Below, piece after piece: positions 22,238 to 31,386 of a stretch of 32,770 nucleotides of DNA (its first letter is position 1; each line of letters begins with the position of its first letter). The stretch covers positions 1-32,770 of the IMG/VR virus record IMGVR_UViG_3300037518_000650. One strand, given 5' to 3'. The stretch is from a virus (lineage: Duplodnaviria > Caudoviricetes). Both the position numbers and the translations under genes were made by a program. The notes beneath the pieces were generated by a model. It did not search any database. It was not told where the DNA came from and was given only the letters and a program-made list of their open reading frames with translations.

Positions 22238-23152
22238 TCAAAGAATGCTGTTCAGCCCTAAAGCGCTGAACGGCTTTTTCTCATAGAACCGAAACTTCCG
22301 GTAGAACGGCTCCTCGCCGTAGTCGGCCGCGGTGCCGTCCTCGCGCAGGTTCACCGCGTCGCTCACCAGCTCGCCTTCGCGGTCGCGGATCTGACGCAGC
22401 TCCTTCACGCCGTCCCCGAGGTCGACCAGCGCCATGCGGCCCTGGTTCAGAATCTCATCTTCCCAGCCGTGCGGCTCAAACTCAAACTCGTAGGTGACGA
22501 CCCAGTACTTGTTCCCCTCCGGATCGAATTCCGGCCCGGCCGCGGTGATCGACAGACACTTGACCGTCTTGGGCGGCGAGCCGTCGAAGGTGTCGGAGTT
22601 GATCGCCTCGGCGTAGTCGTCGGCCTGCGCCTTGTTGTAACTGGCCTCGTTGCGCGTCACGGTCAGCGTGCGGCGGCTCTTGTACTTTTCCGGCGGCGGA
22701 TCGAAGACCTGGCCGGCGGTGTTGACGACCGGCTCATCGTCCGTCTCCTGGCCGCTCTCCTCGATCAGCGTGCCGCGATCAGCCACCACGGTGAGGCGAT
22801 TGCGGCCGTAGCGGATGTCGGGCGTCGCATTGAGAGGATCGTTTTCGTTCTCTTCCTCTTTTTCGCTCTTGTAGGTCGCGACGACGTTCCAACCCTGGCG
22901 CTGCGGGCCGAACTTTTCGCCCTGCAGATTGCTGATCCGCACCCCGCGGCACTTGGCCTGGCTGTCGAACTCGTTGCGATAGGCGTAGGCGTCGCCGATC
23001 TGCGGGACGCCGGTCGCATTGCGGACGACGGCCGGGCCGTCCCCCAAGCTGTCGGTCTCGACGATCAGCGTCCGGGTGTAAGTGCGATTGCCCTTCTCGT
23101 CGACGTCGCCCGTGCGGTCTTCGTTGGCGTCCTTCACGCTGATAACGCTCAT
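22238..23152 (-). CDS. putative distal tail / baseplate protein
   Basis: 304 aa directly after the tape measure gene; GAGG SD. Confidence 0.7.
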   Translation of the reverse strand: MSVISVKDANEDRTGDVDEKGNRTYTRTLIVETDSLGDGPAVVRNATGVPQIGDAYAYRNEFDSQAKCRGVRISNLQGEKFGPQRQGWNVVATYKSEKEEENENDPLNATPDIRYGRNRLTVVADRGTLIEESGQETDDEPVVNTAGQVFDPPPEKYKSRRTLTVTRNEASYNKAQADDYAEAINSDTFDGSPPKTVKCLSITAAGPEFDPEGNKYWVVTYEFEFEPHGWEDEILNQGRMALVDLGDGVKELRQIRDREGELVSDAVNLREDGTAADYGEEPFYRKFRFYEKKPFSALGLNSIL

Positions 23153-23164
23153 CGCCGCCTCTTC

Positions 23165-24670
23165 TCAGAATCTGACGATGGTCGTTGCGCCGATCGCCTG
23201 GTCGCGCAGGACGTTAAAGATCTCCCTGGTGTTCCTGGCGGTCTGCCGCTGGTGTTGCTCCATGCGGCTGGCCTGGCTGCCGGCGAAGCGCTGCCGAGCG
23301 GAGAACTCGGCGGCCGTGCCCTTGATGTTGGCCGCCCCGGCGGTGACGGGCGAGAGCTGTGTGCCCCGCGCCTGGGCTGCCGCCTCGGACGCGACCCGCG
23401 CGGAGAACTGCTCGACCCCCAGCTTGTTGGCGACCGCCAGGGCCGCGGCGACGATGCCGCCGCCAAAGCCGCCGAAGCCGGCCAGGGTCCCGGGCCCACT
23501 GCGGACGTTCCGCGCCGCGGCCGCGTCGGCCGAGGCCTGCGCCCGGGCGGCCGACTCCGCTTGGAACTGGCGGAACTGGCCGACGAAACGCGTGCCGGCG
23601 CCCGCTTGGGTGCCGACGGCTTGCGTGAACTCGCCCCGGAAGCGGGCGGCGTTGGCGCTGGCTCGACTGGCGATCTTGGCCATCGTGTCGCCGAAGGTCG
23701 TTTCGACGCCCGGCAGCAGGTTGATGAGCTCTTGCAGTGCCAAGCCGAGCAAAGCGACGGCGCCTGCGGCCCCGGCGATCGCCGTGCTGATGACGGCCCG
23801 CAAACCCTTGAACGCAGTGCCGAGGGCATCGACCACGTTGCCGGCGATTTCTATTCCCGTCACCAGCCATTCCATACCTTCGGAGGCAAGCGACGCCCCG
23901 CCGCCAAAACTCGTAAAAAACTCCGTCGCTTTGTTCGACGCGAACTCAATGGCGGGTGCGATCTGAATGGCGATCTGGCCGGCGATCCCCTTGACGGCCT
24001 GGCCGATCTTGAAGAAGGCGTCGTTCGCCTGCTCGATCTTAGCGGCGTCGACCCGGTTGACAGCGACGCCGAGTTGGGCCGCTTCCTCGGCGGCGGCGCG
24101 CAATCCGGCCGAACCGCCCGCCAGCGTGTTGACCAAACCGACGCCCTCCGAGTCGAAGAGGGCGAACGCGAGACGGACGCGATCGGACTGATTCGACACC
24201 TGCTGCATGGCGTCGGCAATGTCGCCGAGCGCCGCTTCCGGCGCCTTGCCCGCCAAGCTGCTCGCCGAGAGGCCGAGTTCCTGCAGCGCCTTGACGGCCG
24301 GTCCCGATCCCTGCGCCGCGTCCGAGAGGCGGCGGGTCATGCGCTGTAGCGCGGTGTCCATCGTTTGAGCGCCGACGCCGGACAATTCGGCCGCGTGGCG
24401 CAGACCGGCCAGAGCCTCCGTCGCAATGCCCAGCTTGTCGCTCGTTTTGGCCAACGAATCGATGGCGTCGAACTGGCTCTTGATCAGTGCCCCGAATCCA
24501 GCCGCGCCGGCCAGGCCGGCGATCGCGCCGGTGAACGCAACGACTTTCGCCTTGGCGCTGGTGACGGCGCCGGCGATGCCGCCCAAGCCCTTCTGCACCG
24601 CGCCGACAGAGCGTGCGAAGCCCGCGGTGTTCATCCGCAGACCGATGTTCAGGGTCGCCAGCGTCGCCAT
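23165..24670 (-). CDS. tape measure protein (501 aa)
   Basis: MATLATLNIGL start, Ala/Gly-rich helices, IDSLAKTSDKLG...L.HAAELSGV; follows the tail assembly chaperones. Confidence 0.88.
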   Translation of the reverse strand: MATLATLNIGLRMNTAGFARSVGAVQKGLGGIAGAVTSAKAKVVAFTGAIAGLAGAAGFGALIKSQFDAIDSLAKTSDKLGIATEALAGLRHAAELSGVGAQTMDTALQRMTRRLSDAAQGSGPAVKALQELGLSASSLAGKAPEAALGDIADAMQQVSNQSDRVRLAFALFDSEGVGLVNTLAGGSAGLRAAAEEAAQLGVAVNRVDAAKIEQANDAFFKIGQAVKGIAGQIAIQIAPAIEFASNKATEFFTSFGGGASLASEGMEWLVTGIEIAGNVVDALGTAFKGLRAVISTAIAGAAGAVALLGLALQELINLLPGVETTFGDTMAKIASRASANAARFRGEFTQAVGTQAGAGTRFVGQFRQFQAESAARAQASADAAAARNVRSGPGTLAGFGGFGGGIVAAALAVANKLGVEQFSARVASEAAAQARGTQLSPVTAGAANIKGTAAEFSARQRFAGSQASRMEQHQRQTARNTREIFNVLRDQAIGATTIVRF

Positions 24671-24757
24671 TTTTTAATGCCCCGTAGGAAGCTGTACCGT
24701 CGTTGACCGCTGTGCTGCCAGGTCCGCGAGAACCACCGACCGCAGCAGGAAGCGCCG
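24668..24757 (-). repeat. junction element copy E7
   Basis: CGGCGCTTCCTGCTGC...CGGACCTGGCAGCA, 39-bp spacing, CTACGGG-GCATT-AAAAAATG. Confidence 0.82.
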
Positions 24758-24763
24758 ATACTG

Positions 24764-24789
24764 AGGGGTAACGAACGTTCGTTACCCCC
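24764..24789. repeat. perfect 26-bp palindrome
   Basis: AGGGGTAACGAAC|GTTCGTTACCCCT, no spacer. Confidence 0.9.
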
Positions 24790-25100
24790 TGGCGTCGTCG
24801 CAACGCCTTCGCGATGCCGCGAAGGTGGAGGCAATCGCCATCATTTGCGCGGACGTCTGCTGCTGGGTTTCATGTTCGAGCAACAAAAAGTCGCCCAGCG
24901 GTGCGCTCTTGGCCGCCAGCATCTGGCAGACCTGGGCCGTCAGCAAGTCCAGCAAAATCGCCAACGGCGGCTCGCGCCGGAACCAGACCTGCCACTCCAG
25001 AAACTCCGCGGCACTGACCCGCTCCTGGCACTCGGCCAGAGTCATGCCGAGGTGCCCGGCGAGTCGGAACCAGTCTCGCCGTTCCGGCCGTGCCCTGAGT
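24782..25100 (-). CDS. tail assembly chaperone, T part (reached by -1 frameshift)
   Basis: -1 frame reads LRARPERRDWFRLAGHLGMTLAECQERVSAAEFLEW, lambda gpT-like. Confidence 0.8.
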
Positions 25101-25461
25101 TTTTTTCCGCGCTCTTGGCATCTTCTTTGCGCATCCGGTTGACCCGCTGAGCCACCTCGTAAATCCGGTCCAACAGCGGTCCCAACCCCGGGGCCTGGTC
25201 GATCGCCAGCGCCTCGCGCACGCCGAAGAGCTGCGTGCCCGATTCATCGACCGCACACAGCGCGACCAATCTTGCCCGGCAGCCGACGGCACGGTCCGGG
25301 TCAAAGTTCCCCTCTGCATCGAGCATCGCCGATTGGTACTGGTCGAGCTCCCGGCCGCTGAGAAGGCGGACGTAGACGAAGCCGTCCAGCTCGGGCAACT
25401 CCACGCGCTCCGGCCCAGGGGGCTTCGATTGCAGAATCTCGCTCGCTGATAAACACTTCAT
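25042..25461 (-). CDS. tail assembly chaperone (G part)
   Basis: VELPELDGFVYVRLLSG pattern; A AAA AAC slippery site at 25105-25099. Confidence 0.82.
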   Translation of the reverse strand: MKCLSASEILQSKPPGPERVELPELDGFVYVRLLSGRELDQYQSAMLDAEGNFDPDRAVGCRARLVALCAVDESGTQLFGVREALAIDQAPGLGPLLDRIYEVAQRVNRMRKEDAKSAEKNSGHGRNGETGSDSPGTSA

Positions 25462-25597
25462 TTTTTATGGTGACCCGTAGTAGGCTCTGCTCTTAGTGCA
25501 CGGTTTTCCGCCAGGTTCGGGAGCTCCACCGAACGGGGCAGCAAGCGCTGTGTCTGTTGCAGCGCTTCCGTGTCATCAAACATTCGCGGCATCAAAA
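25459..25597 (-). repeat. junction element copy E8 (left end duplicated)
   Basis: TTTTGATGCCGCG..TTTGATGACACGGAAGCG...GTTCGG-N8-CCGAACCTGGCG, 39-bp spacing, CTACGGG-TCACCAT-AAAAAATG. Confidence 0.85.
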
Positions 25598-25855
25598 TTA
25601 CTTCAAGCCTTGGAGAAGCTGCTTTTCGAATGCGGCCAGGCGAGCGGCGGCCGCTTGCTTCTCTCGGGCGGTCGCCCGTTTGTCCGCCGCCGCCTGTTTG
25701 GCCTGGTAGAGCTTGCACCAGACCTCGGCCTCCTTGTCGGCAGGTTCGGCCACGCCCAGCTTGATGAGCCGATGGGCCTCCGCATGCTCGATCTCGACGC
25801 CCGGCATATGCTCGCCGGAGACCGAGCGGCATTTCTTGGTGATCTTTACTTTCAT
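25598..25855 (-). CDS. hypothetical protein
   Basis: 85 aa, MKVKITKKCRSVSGEH...RLIKLGVAEP. Confidence 0.7.
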   Translation of the reverse strand: MKVKITKKCRSVSGEHMPGVEIEHAEAHRLIKLGVAEPADKEAEVWCKLYQAKQAAADKRATAREKQAAAARLAAFEKQLLQGLK

Positions 25856-25874
25856 GGTTGGTCCCGTTTCGCGC

Positions 25875-26285
25875 TTAGGTCGGGTAGGTGATGTCGCCCG
25901 ACACCTCGATCGTCGAATTGAAGACCACGTGGCCGTCGACGTTGATGCCGCTCGGCTCCACCTTCGTGCAGTAGCCGGTGAACGGCCACTCGGTGCTGGC
26001 CGCATCGGAGAACACCAACTTCCAGTTGTCAATCGTGGTCGTCTTCAGCACGTCGGTCAGCAGTTGGAAGTTCGCGGCGGCCGGATCGCCGACGCACTCG
26101 AAGGTCACCTGTCCGCCGTCGAAGATGGTCTTCAGCTTCTCGCGCGCCGTGGAATCCAGCGTCGTCGCGTCGGTCGTGCCGTATTCGGCCGTCGGGCCGG
26201 AAATGTTGTTGACCGACGCGATCGTCGTATAGACGGTCGATACGTCAAGCTGCAGCTCGCAGCCTTTGCCGACGATCTTGGTCAT
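25875..26285 (-). CDS. major tail tube protein
   Basis: ISGP....DATTLDS..REKL....DGGQVTF...W.F.GY pattern; position after the tail terminator. Confidence 0.85.
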   Translation of the reverse strand: MTKIVGKGCELQLDVSTVYTTIASVNNISGPTAEYGTTDATTLDSTAREKLKTIFDGGQVTFECVGDPAAANFQLLTDVLKTTTIDNWKLVFSDAASTEWPFTGYCTKVEPSGINVDGHVVFNSTIEVSGDITYPT

Positions 26286-26295
26286 GGTTTACCCC

Positions 26296-26712
26296 TCAAA
26301 AGGTTGGCACGCTCTGTTCGAACCACACCACATAATCCCGCACGACGGCGAACACGATGTCATCGGAGCCGTCGCCGCGGGGGACGTCGAGACTGACGCC
26401 GCCCGGCTGCCGGGTGATCGCGCGGATATTGGACTCGCCGATCGATCCCGTGTAGCCGTCGAGCGCATACCTCACGAGCTCGGCGATCGTCCGCGCCTCG
26501 CGCGGGTCCTCGCTGATGGCGTCGATCTGCAACCGGATCGATTCCAGGTCCTGCGGGCCGTCGAGCGTCTGGATCGGCTCCTCGGAGACCGGCAGAAAGC
26601 GGATCAGCGGATAGCGCGCCTGCTGTGGAATCTTGCGGTAGATGCGCGAGCCGACCGCGGCCACGATGTTCGTGTGCTGCGCCAGGAGTGTACGGACGTC
26701 CCACTCGATCAT
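26296..26712 (-). CDS. tail terminator / completion protein (DUF3168-like)
   Basis: VGSRIY...PQ..RYP...RLQID...A..VR.ALDG. Confidence 0.82.
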   Translation of the reverse strand: MIEWDVRTLLAQHTNIVAAVGSRIYRKIPQQARYPLIRFLPVSEEPIQTLDGPQDLESIRLQIDAISEDPREARTIAELVRYALDGYTGSIGESNIRAITRQPGGVSLDVPRGDGSDDIVFAVVRDYVVWFEQSVPTF

Positions 26713-26715
26713 GCG

Positions 26716-27165
26716 TTACCCCGACTCGATCCCTTGCTTGAGACGCCGCTCGACGGCGCGCTGGGCGGCCGCCTTCTTCTGGTCGAACGCCGGCCGCAGA
26801 AACGGCCGCGCCTCGACCTTGGCACGATCGTCGCCCAGTTTTCTCGAGCCGGCCTTGTGACCCAACTCCACGAAGGCGCCGTAAAACGTCTCGCCTTTGA
26901 AAAAGCCCTCGCCCGTCTGGACCAGGTAGCTGATCCCCGTCCGGCTCCGCTTGCCGGCCCGCACGCGGATCGACCCTTTCAGCAGCCCGTCCTTCACCGG
27001 CGCGTTGGCCTTGGCCTGCTGCTGGAAAATCTTCGCCCCCTCGCGCAGTGCTCGGCGGCCGATCTTGCCCGCAAGCTTCGGCCCTAGAGCGTCCAGCTTT
27101 TTGAGCAGCGGCTGGAGTCCGTCGATCGACAAGTCGCCGCCTACGCCGCCGCCGGCACGCGCCAT
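26716..27165 (-). CDS. HK97 gp10-like neck/tail protein
   Basis: APVKDGLLKGSI...FYGAFVELG...ARPFLRPAF. Confidence 0.87.
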   Translation of the reverse strand: MARAGGGVGGDLSIDGLQPLLKKLDALGPKLAGKIGRRALREGAKIFQQQAKANAPVKDGLLKGSIRVRAGKRSRTGISYLVQTGEGFFKGETFYGAFVELGHKAGSRKLGDDRAKVEARPFLRPAFDQKKAAAQRAVERRLKQGIESG

Positions 27166-27167
27166 CG

Positions 27168-27482
27168 TCACACCTTCTCTCTGCACTGCAGGATCAGCAT
27201 GCGGTTGCGTTCCTGCCAGTTAATCACCTGCACGATATTGAGCCGCCGGCCGCGAAACAGGACCCACATCTCGGGCGTGATCCCGCGGCGAAACGCCAAC
27301 TCGACGTCGTGCGTCACGTCCCCCACCGTCTGCTCGGCTTCCCGCCGTTCATTGCCGCTGCGCGGCTTCACCATCGCCCATGGCCTGGCGACTTCCACGC
27401 CGCCGCGCGGCTGCCCAGCTTCATCCTGGTTCTCCTCCGGACCAGGCGGCCGCATGATGGTGATCCGGTGCGGATATTTCAC
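27168..27482 (-). CDS. head closure / head-tail adaptor (SPP1 gp16-like)
   Basis: HRITI...WA.V.P.SG.E...ITPEM.V.F.GR.LNI. Confidence 0.82.
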   Translation of the reverse strand: MKYPHRITIMRPPGPEENQDEAGQPRGGVEVARPWAMVKPRSGNERREAEQTVGDVTHDVELAFRRGITPEMWVLFRGRRLNIVQVINWQERNRMLILQCREKV

Positions 27483-27533
27483 TGACCCGTCTCGCGCTGT
27501 TCGCGGACTGAACGCTTGACCTTCGCCGCAACG

Positions 27534-28127
27534 CTACGCATTGGCTTCTAAGCCGAGGTTCAAGACCCGCTCGGGCCACAACAGATCCTTAAAACCGTCG
27601 AGCACGTCGCGGACCGTCGTCCGCGGCGAGGTCTCCAACCAGAACATCTGGACGGCGTAGAACTTGATCGCCCTCTTGATGCTGGCCGGGATCTCACCCT
27701 GCGTCTGGTAGCCGGCGAGAAAGGTCGCCTGCACCGCGTTCGGTCGCGGCTGGATCGCGGGCCAAGCGATCCCCCACGCCAGGTGCAGCTCGCCGACCAG
27801 GCTGGCCGCGTCGACGACGTAGTTCGCGGCGTCCCACGTTTGCGTCGCCCCGGCGGTGTCGACGTAGGTCAAGGCGCTGACCGAGGTCAGCCGCGGCTGC
27901 AGGCGGAGGAACGGCTCCGGCGGAAAGGCATCCCATCCCTTCCGCAGCGTCGCACTCATGAGCCGCTTGACGCCCAGAATCACTTCTGCTCGCCTGGTCG
28001 CTTCCAGGATCAGTTCCCGGATGCGGCCGTCGTGCTCTGCTTCCTCGACGCCGATCTCAGCTTTCACCGCGCTGAGGTCGACGGGATCGAGTCCGTCCGC
28101 AGGTTCGGTCACCACACTCAGGGACAC
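27534..28127 (-). CDS. head-tail connector (HK97 gp6-like)
   Basis: PVDLSAVKA...V..L.YVD..G...WP....RPNAV...F.AGY. Confidence 0.82.
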   Translation of the reverse strand: MSLSVVTEPADGLDPVDLSAVKAEIGVEEAEHDGRIRELILEATRRAEVILGVKRLMSATLRKGWDAFPPEPFLRLQPRLTSVSALTYVDTAGATQTWDAANYVVDAASLVGELHLAWGIAWPAIQPRPNAVQATFLAGYQTQGEIPASIKRAIKFYAVQMFWLETSPRTTVRDVLDGFKDLLWPERVLNLGLEANA

Positions 28128-28130
28128 CGT

Positions 28131-28414
28131 TCATCTCCAGATGCTCGGATCGTCCATCAGGTCTGCCGCGCTGCGCGGCCGGATGTCCTCGGGCAGCTCG
28201 CCGTACTGTGTATAGCGCCGCCCGTCGTCTACTTTTTTGCGGCGCGGCCCTTGTCGACGTCGACCAGCTCCGCCGCGCCGCGCGCCAAGAAGTGGTTCGC
28301 AGACGCCTCGGGCAGCTGGACGACCTGGCCCTCCTCGTACGTCTGGCCCCGGTCGGCCTGCACGGTGTAGTCACGCACGAACTGCACCTTGATCAGCTTC
28401 GGTTCATCCGCCAT
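28131..28414 (-). CDS. small head-region protein (61 aa, 28229-28414) with a probable -1 frameshift extension to 28131
   Basis: GGGGAG SD; ends GCA AAA AAG TAG; the -1 frame stays open for 33 codons. Confidence 0.6.
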
Positions 28415-28453
28415 CGTTCGCTCTCCCCTTGCCTTGTCTCTGGTATCGCGAGA

Positions 28454-28918
28454 CTAACTGACGATCTCGTCGACGCTGGCGGCGTCGTTGTCGGAGGCCG
28501 GCCCGTAGCGGGGATAGAAGCCGTAGAGGGCGGCTCCCATGTCCGCGCCGGCGGTCCCGAGCGTGACGGTCAGCCGGAGGTAGTCGAAGCCGTTGGCCAC
28601 GTCCAGCTCCTCGGCCCGGCAGTTGATGATCGCTTGCTTGTCGCTGTCGGTTCCGGCGGCGGTGAGTTGGGTGATCGCCTTGCCGGTGACGTCCTTGACG
28701 CCCGTACCGCTGCTGTCGGTGGCCTGCTGCAGCTTGGCGTCGACGGTGCCCGTCGCCTCGATCGTGCCAGCGTAGACCGTCGCCATGAACGCGGCGAAAT
28801 TCTTGGCCGCGATCCAGGCGGTCGAGTAGGCGGCCGCCGCATAGGCGTCAGGATCGATGGCGTCGACCAGCGCCGCCTGGTCGCTGGGCAACAGGTTCGG
28901 ATTCGCTTGCACGGACAT
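28454..28918 (-). CDS. putative head decoration / cement protein
   Basis: Ala/Thr-rich beta protein directly after the capsid gene; AGGAG SD. Confidence 0.7.
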   Translation of the reverse strand: MSVQANPNLLPSDQAALVDAIDPDAYAAAAYSTAWIAAKNFAAFMATVYAGTIEATGTVDAKLQQATDSSGTGVKDVTGKAITQLTAAGTDSDKQAIINCRAEELDVANGFDYLRLTVTLGTAGADMGAALYGFYPRYGPASDNDAASVDEIVS

Positions 28919-28962
28919 TTTTTTCTCCTGGCTTGGGGTCGGTGACGCGGTACCTCTGCGGG

Positions 28963-30312
28963 TTACGCCCGCTCGTCGAGGGTGACGAAATGGCTCTTGG
29001 TCGCCGAGCCGTTGGCCGGCGAGATGGGCGCGGACAGATGCGGCTGGCCGCCGAGCCGGAAGGTCCAGCGGAAGGCCGTGATGTTGTAGTCGAAGTACAG
29101 GTGGATCGAGCTGGCCGATTGAACTCCGCCCCGTTTCATGGTCAGGTAGTAACCCATCGGATCGATCAGGAAGATGTCCCCCTTGTCGCCGAGAGTCTTG
29201 TTGTGCTCGGAGAAGCGGACCGGCCGGCCGAGCAGGAAGCCGCCGGGGGCCTCACGCAGGCCGCTGGACGGCGGCGTCCAGATGGGCTGATCGCCGATGG
29301 TCATCACGCCGAGTTGCGGCAGCACGTCGGGGTTGACCGTCCAGAAGACGTTCTGCAGTCCGGCCGTCAAGAGTCGGCTGAACATCTTCAGCACATTGGC
29401 CGCGACGATGGTATCGGCGGCCTGGCTGCCCTCCTTGGCCACGCTGACCAGCACTGCCGACGAGAAGAAGCCGAGCGGCTGCCCGGCGCCCGTGCCGTAG
29501 ACGATGGCGTCGTTCGCTTTCCACCGAATCGCGCGGGCGGCCTGCACCGTGAGTCGGCTGTTCAGCCGCGAGGCGTCCATCAGCAGCTCGTCGGTCGCCA
29601 GGACAAACGCATAGAGTTCGTCGAGGTTGACGGTGCGTCCCTTCGTCGCCAGGCGGCTGGCAGTCATCTGAGCCCCTTCGGACCGCCAATAGGCCTGCAC
29701 GCCGGTCGATCCCCAGGGCGTCGTTTCATCGGCAATCAGTTGCACCGAGTTCGAATCGGTCGGCTCGCTGTCGACGGAACTCAGGTAATCGACGTCACTG
29801 AAGACCAGCTCCCAGATTTGATCCCGCATGGCCGGCGGTACCATGTACCCGTCCGTGCCGCTGGTTTCGTGGAAATTCGTGGGCGCGGCATAACGGTCGT
29901 TGGTGAACCGCGGATCGAGCCTGCCCCCGGGGATGCAGGCGCGTTGCACCGCGACCGCGAAGTCCGCCGCATTGCGAAAGCCGAGCCAGTGATCGGCCTG
30001 CGCGTTCGGCTCGCTGACCTCGACGCGCGGTCGCTGCGTCGGCTGTCCGGGATTCGTCTGCCGGCCGGGGGATTGGCTGAAGTGCCGATCCAAGCCAGAG
30101 AGCTGAGCGCCACGCTGCTGGCGATTGGTCTGTGCCTGTTCGAGACGGTCCGCTTCGTCGCTCTTGGCCTTCGCCTCAGCCATCAACCGATCGAACTCTT
30201 TTTGCTCCTCGTCGGTCAGGTCGCGATGTTCGGCCTCGCCCTTATCGTGGATCTCCTTCGCTTTGGCCAAGGAGGCTTCGGCCTCGGAACGCAGTTTTGT
30301 GATCGGGTCCAT
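28963..30312 (-). CDS. HK97-fold major capsid protein
   Basis: Coiled-coil delta domain; GYMVP, TDELL.D, G.G.GQP.G, LLGRPV motifs. Confidence 0.93.
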   Translation of the reverse strand: MDPITKLRSEAEASLAKAKEIHDKGEAEHRDLTDEEQKEFDRLMAEAKAKSDEADRLEQAQTNRQQRGAQLSGLDRHFSQSPGRQTNPGQPTQRPRVEVSEPNAQADHWLGFRNAADFAVAVQRACIPGGRLDPRFTNDRYAAPTNFHETSGTDGYMVPPAMRDQIWELVFSDVDYLSSVDSEPTDSNSVQLIADETTPWGSTGVQAYWRSEGAQMTASRLATKGRTVNLDELYAFVLATDELLMDASRLNSRLTVQAARAIRWKANDAIVYGTGAGQPLGFFSSAVLVSVAKEGSQAADTIVAANVLKMFSRLLTAGLQNVFWTVNPDVLPQLGVMTIGDQPIWTPPSSGLREAPGGFLLGRPVRFSEHNKTLGDKGDIFLIDPMGYYLTMKRGGVQSASSIHLYFDYNITAFRWTFRLGGQPHLSAPISPANGSATKSHFVTLDERA

Positions 30313-30519
30313 GGTTGCCCTCCAGAGCCGGCGGGCAACGCAAAACGGCACGCGCCGCCGGCAATGAATCCGAGTTCATTGCTGACGACCCGTGCCGTTT
30401 GAGCTCTGCAAGCGGGTTAGCCGTCGTCTCAGGTGTGCGGCCGCCCATCTCGGCGGGCCGCGCCGCACAACCGGTGACTTCGTTTGTTCTCTTTCAAGAT
30501 AGCGCTGGTGGATCGGCCG

Positions 30520-31386
30520 TCAAGCCCTCTTGCCGGTCGCCAGCGCCATCGCCCGGGCCCGGCGACGGCGATGCTGCGCATTTCTCGTCCGCTCGGCCAT
30601 CGTCTCGTCCAAGGTGGCGATCGTGTCGACCAGACCGTTTTCCACACTTTCTGGCGCCGTGAAGATTCGCCCGTCGCCGAGCTGACGGACCTTTTGCTCC
30701 GTCATGCCCCGACCGCGACTGACGGCGGCGACGAAATCGTCCATCGCCGCATCGACGATCCGCTGAAAGTCCTGGCGCTGCTCGGGCGTGATCTCCGTGC
30801 CGATCAGCCCGGCCGACTTGTACTTCCCCGTATCGATCGAGACCACCTCGACCCCCTCGTTGGCGAAGAGGCGCGAGGCGTCGATCAGCGTCATGCGGAC
30901 GCCGATCGAGCCGACCAGGTTGTCGCGGCCGGCCCGGACCGTGCTCGCCTGCACCCCGGCGAAGAGTGCGGCCGAGGCCATCATGCCGTCCACTTGTGCG
31001 ATCACCGGCTTCTGCTGCCTGGCCAGGTAGATGGCGTCGGCGAGTTCCTGGGTGCCGTCGACGGCGCCGCCGGGCGAGTCGATCCGCAATACGATGTCGT
31101 TGGCGCTCGAGTCAGCGGCTGCCGCCTCGATAGCCCGCTGAACCTTGCGCGTCGAGGCGAAGCCGTAGAATTCGAGCCAGCCCGCGTTCCGGAGCATCGG
31201 CCCGACCAGGTGGACCACCGCAGTGTTGCCGACCCGTTCGATCGGCAGCCGCGCGCGGATGGCGTCGTCCACTTTGGCGGCGTCGATGTGGACGCCGGCC
31301 AGGAACCGGAGCATGGACGCGAAGGCGATCGGCTCCATCGCCCAGAAGTTTCCCAAGGGTAACGCGGCAAACAGTTCAGGATGCAT
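30520..31386 (-). CDS. S49 (SppA-like) prohead protease
   Basis: RIDSPGG, MASAA, VGSIGV, GKYKS, A.E.V..GLVD. Confidence 0.9.
   Translation of the reverse strand: MHPELFAALPLGNFWAMEPIAFASMLRFLAGVHIDAAKVDDAIRARLPIERVGNTAVVHLVGPMLRNAGWLEFYGFASTRKVQRAIEAAAADSSANDIVLRIDSPGGAVDGTQELADAIYLARQQKPVIAQVDGMMASAALFAGVQASTVRAGRDNLVGSIGVRMTLIDASRLFANEGVEVVSIDTGKYKSAGLIGTEITPEQRQDFQRIVDAAMDDFVAAVSRGRGMTEQKVRQLGDGRIFTAPESVENGLVDTIATLDETMAERTRNAQHRRRRARAMALATGKRA

Noticed and set aside
25458-25592. 44-aa ORF MPRMFDDTEAL... resembling a duplicated TAC N-terminus
   Set aside because: Coincides entirely with junction element E8; the similarity is better explained at DNA level
25856-25885. +1 frameshift from the major tail gene into the next ORF
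   Set aside because: The frame is open, but the end is ACC TAA rather than the known CCC TAA signal, and the next gene has its own ATG
22469-30402. Long plus-strand ORFs opposite the structural genes (e.g. 22469-24349, 28933-30402)
   Set aside because: Typical antisense shadows of high-GC coding sequence, with Arg-rich unstructured translations
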